Positions 34,312 to 40,696 of a stretch of 40,696 bases of DNA are shown one piece after another; position 1 is the stretch's first letter, and each line of letters opens with the position of its first letter. Origin of the DNA: Asterionella formosa (taxonomy: Eukaryota); the NCBI GenBank assembly GCA_002256025.1, contig NKIB01009067.1, positions 62,001-102,696 of the forward strand, written 5' to 3'. The notes under the pieces were generated by a model. The model had not been told where the DNA came from. It did not search any database and saw only the letters and a program-made list of their open reading frames with translations. The position numbers and the translations under genes were made by a program.

Positions 34312-36499
34312 GAATGAGGCACTGGATGAGGCAGTTTATAGGTCCGCTTAATTTGATGATGAAGGCACTAGTCAGCAGTTATAGCCTCCCAAGGAAGGTA
34401 GTGGTGTTCCCCATGTAGCTGCACTCTCCTAATAGGAGTCTGCAACATCTGCAACGCACATACTGATAAATGCCACTCACATCAACTTACTTCCTCGTTA
34501 GTGGAACTGCCAAGCACATGGCGTGTTTTGGGATTTTGATTCCTGCTCCGTCTCTTTCAAGCCTTCTGTCCTGATCATTGAGATCCAATCTTCTCTACGA
34601 GCTACTGCTGGAATAGGGATGTCGCCTCGTGATCAACAGCAAGTCGCTTAAGTACGTGTTCCTTGAAAGATTCATAGAAAGTTCTAACCGAGGTGATTGT
34701 TGAATCCTCAGTGGTGGCTGCTGGAGTGGTTGGCTTATTCTAGTTTTTCAACTTGGGCAACTGATTGTTCCTCTTAGAATCCGGGTTTTGTTCACCTTTA
34801 CTAGAAAGCGCATTAGGTTTTCTAAACTTGGGTGATGCAGCAGCACCCCTGGGGATGTTGACAGTTTCCCACAAATATTCATCCACCCTGGTCCTAGATA
34901 TAGCCGTGTTGTAGCATCTATCCTTAATGTTCATGAGAAAGTGCTCCTTCCAGAGGAAATTGTTTGTTTTGATAGCAATTCCGTGTTTCTGGCAAACATG
35001 GCTGCTGCGACTTAACAATTAAGTTCCTGCTAGAGTGGAACCTGTGAAATGATCTTCAAACTCTCCTCCAGATGTGAAGACAAGTGAGTCATACATTGCC
35101 ATGGCATTCGGTATTGGTGTTAGACCAACTGTTTATGCTGGTACTAGTAGCTGACCAACTTATTTCAAGCACCATTTCCATCATGGAACCCCTGATTTAA
35201 TCATGATAGCCCTTCTCAGCATCCCATAGACCAGTTCATTCTCCTGTGGATGAGCATTGGCATAGACTAGAGATCTTTTGACTTCCAAGAGGTGAGAGAG
35301 AATAAAGCTGCACTTGCTCTGATCATGCCAAGTCAGCCAGTCATAGTCACAGCTTGAGAAATCCTGAAGTGGGCTAATACCAGGACTAGCAGGATAATAG
35401 TGGGACCATCATCCAGGTTGCAATGATTCCTTTGGTGTATTCTTTCACTGTGTTTTCCACTGCAGCAAATGAAAGTTGGAGCATTGTCTCCTATTTGCTT
35501 TATGAGCTGCCACTTCGCAATATTGGATATCTTGTCTGCTTCTTGCTGAAGTTGATGAACTCTGGGGTCTTAATTTCGAAGAGGGAAAGATTCTTGAGTA
35601 TACATGATGATATGGATAAATAGGATTACACACAATAAGTAGGTTAGACTCGAGATGCTACCTGATACCTAATGATTATACCATATCCTTCAACTGACAC
35701 TGTGACAATTAGTGGGAAGTTTCACAACAATGCTCCAACAGTAGCAACAGTAACAACGATCACCAATGAACAGACACCACCAAAAGGGATTGTATGATGC
35801 AGCAATAGTGATAGAACGCTCAGTACTGTTGCCTAATTAGTCCCTAAAACAGAGATAGATTGGCTGAAGAAATCAGCTGTATAGATCCTTAATGCTGAAC
35901 TACTAACTTTAGAACCGCAAAAGTGAAAATTTCATGCACACCATCTCTAGCTCAAGTAATTTGAGTTGAAATTGAGGGTAACCTTCCCTTGCAATCTTCA
36001 TAGTGTAATAAAACATAGTCTTGAATGCCCTTAGAGAATAAAAGGCACCGGATGTAGGTCTGATGTGCTCAAAGAAATCAAACCTACCAGGGCACCAAAT
36101 GAGTCCAAACGCAACGAAGTCAACCTATACTACGAACTTCGGAAATGGGCTCACAATCTCCAAGACTACAATCAAATACTGGACAGCGGGTTCAGCGAAC
36201 TGCAAGCAGCAACGTAGTAATGTTGGCTAACGGTGGTGTTAATGTCATTTTGTAGTACTACGATTTCAGGCAAAGGTTCCGTAGTTCAGAAATATCCGCC
36301 AAAATACAATTGAAAACAGAAGTTGAATTCAGATTTGATCAGCACTCGCCTAATTTACAGGTTAAATGAATTGTGATACCGTCCAATTGGATAGACTTGG
36401 GCATTGTCTGCTCAAAGTATCAGGTCGGCGAGATTAAATTCACCAGACTTCGATTTGATAACACAATCAACATACAAACTGCTTGGTTGCCTGCCCCTC

Positions 36500-36781
36500 T
36501 TAAACATGGACCGCAGCATCGTTGGGTCGAACATAGTCGGTTTGTCCCTCTTGATCCGCCAAATCAATCTTGGCTCGCTTCTTGAAAATGTAAGCTCGAA
36601 CACCATAGTATCCAACAAAAAGAAGCAACACGAAAAAGACAATAAACATGAAGACGTTCTTTCCGTTCCTCTGCGATGGTTGATCTACGACAGCCGAAGC
36701 TGCATCATCAGTGACAGCTTGATCATCTGCGGCATCGCCATCGACATTGTCGTTCAGAAGACGTTGCAATAGGGAAGCCAT
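36500..36781 (-). CDS. Small single-pass membrane protein (93 aa)
   Basis: ATG ORF with acidic N-terminus, TM VFMFIVFFVLLLFVGYYGV and basic KKR after the TM. Composition is gene-like and a GGTACC cluster lies upstream (37028-37141). Confidence 0.7.
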   Translation of the reverse strand: MASLLQRLLNDNVDGDAADDQAVTDDAASAVVDQPSQRNGKNVFMFIVFFVLLLFVGYYGVRAYIFKKRAKIDLADQEGQTDYVRPNDAAVHV

Positions 36782-38072
36782 GGTAATAGTAATTCTTCGT
36801 TAAAAGAAATTGTGATTTTTTAGATGATAGCACATCTTCGGAATAAGCTGCGTCTAAAATTTGGACGAATTTCGAGCAATAACGGCACGCCGTCGGCTCG
36901 CACTCCGGCTCGGGGTCATTGCAAATGACATCAATTGACGGAGCTCAACGGATGTGCAATACATACGATAGTTGGCTGCACATGATACTAAGATACATTT
37001 TTTTATTTGTTATATTTGCGTTCCATGCTACCTGGTACCAGGGTACCGTTGTATCAGTATCAGGTACCAGGTACCAGGTAGCATAGATATTGAAGTATAC
37101 TGTACATAGTTGGCAGCCGTTGATTTTTACCCGTACCGGTAGTGATGCCGAAGAACGCACATCGCCAAAATATTCAAGAAACCTCCTTCGCCCTGCCATA
37201 CTTCCCCCCCCCCCTCCCGAATGCACAAAAACGTAGGATGTACGTAGGCAAGAGTATAAAAAATGATTTAGCCGGCCGGGGTACGAGCAGGGACGTACAA
37301 GCGGTTCCTCGTAACTCCAAGTTAAAGCGCGGTACATATCGTTTCACTTACACCATGCACCATTGGTACATCATCGGGTGCCGGCCCGTACAGGTATAGG
37401 ATGGAGTAAGCACATGCAACATGTTGTACTTCAAACTAGATCGAATTTGGTGGTAAAAAGAATTCTAATCTTCTCATTATTTACAGATAAATTTATATCG
37501 TTTCATTGCTGGGATTGAGAGAAAAGAATGAGGGGTTGATCGGAAATCGATTTCCTTCATTTCCCTGCTGATCCTGGCCACATTTCAAAATCAACCGAAG
37601 ATACATACTGGTACGGCAAGCTAAAGTCTGAAATGTGTCCAGGATTGACTGAGAGATGAAGAAGTTGAAAATCACAAAGTAAAAATTATGTATTTTTTCG
37701 GACTTTTAGATCTGTTATGTTTTGACTTAGAAACAGCATGTAGAAGCAGTTTCATCACGAAGCTAGACAAAGCTACACATGTATATAAAGGATTATCACA
37801 ATGATGAGCTTGATTCAAACAACAATTACTATACTTTGTTCAACTGTGTTGTTTTGCTCCGCTTTTCTACAGTGCTGTTGACTTCGAAGTACATTAACAT
37901 CATGCCAGCATGGGTAAAGCATTTTCTGTAATTGAATGCAGCTATTGGAAAATGACAGCAATCGCCAATCAAGAGGTTGAAAGCACCTCAGCACCCACTT
38001 TATTTAACAACCAACAAGAGAAGCAATCATGGAAATGTCACCCAAAGCATCAAATGCTTACATAAAATTAAA

Positions 38073-38282
38073 CAAGCGCCACAACAGCAATGAATGACGT
38101 CTATGAAATCAAGAACAAGACTGTTTTCAGTACACACAAGCGCCCACACCATAGTGGCAATGATACTGAAAGATCCTGCTGTCAAGAACCAACACAAGGC
38201 ATAACGCTGAGTGGCGGCGCAACAGCAATGACATCTACGAAATCAAGAACAAGATTATTTTCATAACACGCAAGCGCCCACA
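38073..38282. repeat. Imperfect ~70-bp direct duplication
   Basis: CAACAGCAATGA..TCTA.GAAATCAAGAACAAGA..TTTTCA..ACAC.CAAGCGCCCACA at about 38073-38148 and 38214-38282. Confidence 0.75.
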
Positions 38283-39206
38283 ACAAACAACAAGCACGAT
38301 GGTACAGGAAGATCTCACTGCCAAAAACTAACACAGGGCATAATGATAATCACATCTACGAACATAATACAACTCCTTTGCATTGTAACTTCAATGGTGT
38401 TTTTGATTGTTTGATTGATTTTCGACTTGAAATAGTACAGCTTTACTAGCGAATATGACATACCGTCATACCATGATTCATGAAAAATATGCAACAAAGC
38501 TAAAAAATTCTGGTCCCATGATACTGTTTTTGTGTATAGACAAGCTTACCCATTTACTGTAATAATTGTTCAAAGTCTCCAATGAATCCAAATAGACAGG
38601 CCTCCTGTTTCCCCCTCTAAAGTTTGTTTTTAGATCCGTAATGGTCTTAAAAGTTACCTCCATGGTTGTCTGAGAGTCACTAGCTTTGTCGTGTAAAGTG
38701 ATTTGTAGGGGTATTAAATCAATGTTGACTGATGATTATCATGTACTAGTCTTAAAAAGTACTATAGGGTTTTACTGACAAGCCTCTTCAAAAACTCGGG
38801 GAAACTAGCAACATAAGTTTTAGCTTTAATAACAAACCAGGAGGACTGGAAAATATTGACTACAGGCATTGTTGCATGAGAGTATGTTGGAAATTTAGAA
38901 TCATCAAATATTTGCTTTGCATACATGAAAGTAGAGTTAACTTATTTGATGTTCATTTCCTAGTAGTCATTGAAAAATATGTATAAATTTACCAATCGCT
39001 AATAATTAATCATCGTGACTCTTGTGACAACACATGCAAAATATGCTCAGCCACAACCTCGCACTCAACAACTTCATTCACTTTGATGAATACCTCCATT
39101 TTTTCATTGCTTGATCCTCACTATCAATGCCTTGCTATCACTATGATCAACCAACAATAACTTCCTCATTGAAACCCAACTGTTCTTGATGACAATTAGT
39201 ACCATT

Positions 39207-39273
39207 AATTTCAGGTATCCACCAAGCACATTAATTTCATTTTCCGCCATGGGCTTGGTGGATACCTGAAATT
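39207..39273. repeat. Perfect 21-bp inverted repeat with a 25-nt spacer
   Basis: AATTTCAGGTATCCACCAAGC (39207-39227) and GCTTGGTGGATACCTGAAATT (39253-39273). Confidence 0.9.
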
Positions 39274-39527
39274 GATTTTCAGTAATGAAGAGAAGAGAAT
39301 AGGAAGAATTATGACTGATGATAACAAGACAAACAAATCAATACAAAGAAGAAGATCCTTGATGCCCATCAGCATAAATCTAAAGCACATATCTGAATCC
39401 GAAGAGGCAATTAGTCAGAATTGCCAAAAGCTTGGTGAGGTGTATAGATACAAGTTCCAATTAAAGTACAAGTATAGGAGAAAGACATCATCTACAAGTG
39501 TCAACAAAAAGTAGAAAATGATATGAT

Positions 39528-40161
39528 TCATTGATAGAATGGAAATGGTTGTAGGAAGAATAAAAATAAAAATTGTGCCGATGTTTTTGTGCGTTGCTTG
39601 TTCTGAGAAATATACTTGCAACCAGTTGTGCACTCTGATTGAATTTCATGTGGCTCCGGAATAGTGTATTCCTTAAAGTCATTGGGGACTCTTGGAATAA
39701 TGAATTGCTTTGCCCGATTGTCGCCCTTGAGAGTGGAATCGAACGCTTGTTCTTGAGCTTGTGTCGTTTTTTTCGTTGCTGGTTCTGAGAAGAATGTAGG
39801 TTTGTTGAGTTCCATGTTGGCGCTTAGAATGGTGAATTTCTTTTGCTCTATTATCCTCCTTTAGAATCGAAATCAACTCTGGATCTTGTTGTTGTTCTGC
39901 CAAGAAGATGTTGCGCTGCTTCTTCAAAACGTATTCTTTGGCCGTTTCTTTCGCCCATGCCAATTTGGCAGCGAACGCTCCTTGTTTTGATGCCATTGCA
40001 AGGTCGACGTCATCGCGATCGTAGTTACTAGATGCATTAATATAGGCTACTTTACGCAATTTACCTCTTATTGAATCGCTTCCTTTCACTCCATTGAGAC
40101 GCTTTTTGTGTGTACTCTGTGGCGTGCGGGTCACCGGAAGGAAAGGATACAATTTTTGCAC
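39528..40161 (-). pseudogene. Possible frameshifted gene relic with an internal peptide repeat
   Basis: Overlapping ORFs 39679-40161 and 39528-39815 share a repeated motif (SILKEDNRAKE / STLKGDNRAKQ) and can be joined by a frameshift near the T-run at about 39840. Confidence 0.4.
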
Positions 40162-40562
40162 AAAAGTGTCCGAAAATGCACAAACCGTGGTCAGTCAGGG
40201 GAATTCATGACATTGCGCACAATGCTTTTTTTAGTCGCGTAAAGAACATGCAGTGTATTGTCACATGTCTGCATTTGTGTCTATATTTAACTTCGAAATG
40301 ACCTGCTCAAGATTGCATAGATATATGAACCAAGACAATTAGTACTTACATGATAGTCAGTGTTAAATTGTCTAGTTGAAATATCACAGATCTTACTTTT
40401 AAGATCTCTAAAGCTGAAAACGTATTTTCACTTTACACTTTGTAATATTGTGAGCTTTCTGTTAATAGTCTATCTAGGTCTTGTTCTTGCCTGATTACTC
40501 ATGTAATCCCGAACAAGACTTCTCACACTTTCCTTGATCTCGTCAAGAATGATCTTGCTTAC

Positions 40563-40696
40563 TTTGACAATAAGTAAGCATATTCATTTGACAATAAGTG
40601 AGCAGCACTTATTCTTTTGACAATAAGTGAGCATCTGATTTACTTGTCAATAAGTAACATCTCCAGTCATTTGTCAATAAGTAAACATCTCCAGTC
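40563..40696. repeat. Tandem array of ~24-30 bp units with core TTG(A/T)CAATAAGT, running off the window edge
   Basis: Five copies of the core visible; the last two continue with (A)ACATCTCCAGTC. Confidence 0.85.

Noticed and set aside
34057..34317. Silk/elastin-like GAGAGT protein on the + strand
   Set aside because: No ATG start; the ORF exists only because the hexamer array has no stops.
40563..40696. CRISPR-like array
   Set aside because: The repeat core is only about 12 bp, linkers are short and related to each other, there are no cas genes, and the context is eukaryotic.

Overview
Eukaryotic nuclear DNA, most likely a diatom or related photosynthetic stramenopile. Evidence: two genes carry bipartite signal-peptide + 'A/S-F' (ASAFAP-type) plastid-targeting presequences, and there are short GT-AG introns. 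About 14 intact genes lie in compact islands: a METTL21-like lysine methyltransferase, a plastid DnaJ-type zinc-finger protein with an inserted Trp-rich (TIGR02450/DUF2389-like) domain, a conserved plastid membrane protein, a KCR/HSD17B12-type SDR, a VOC/glyoxalase, the golgin TMF1, a TLC/NTT-family nucleotide carrier, frataxin, a 3-exon mitochondrial basic protein, a KA1-like + helical protein and several unknown membrane proteins. Between the islands are AT-rich, visually CpG-poor tracts with decayed coding relics (including a frameshifted GT31 glycosyltransferase pseudogene), a three-copy MITE-like family and tandem repeats. The most striking non-coding signal is a palindromic GGTACC/CCWGG/ACCGGT repeat that clusters upstream of most genes and is absent from the short convergent 3' gaps. 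No rRNA, tRNA or CRISPR array was recognised. All family assignments come from motif recognition by eye, not from database searches.
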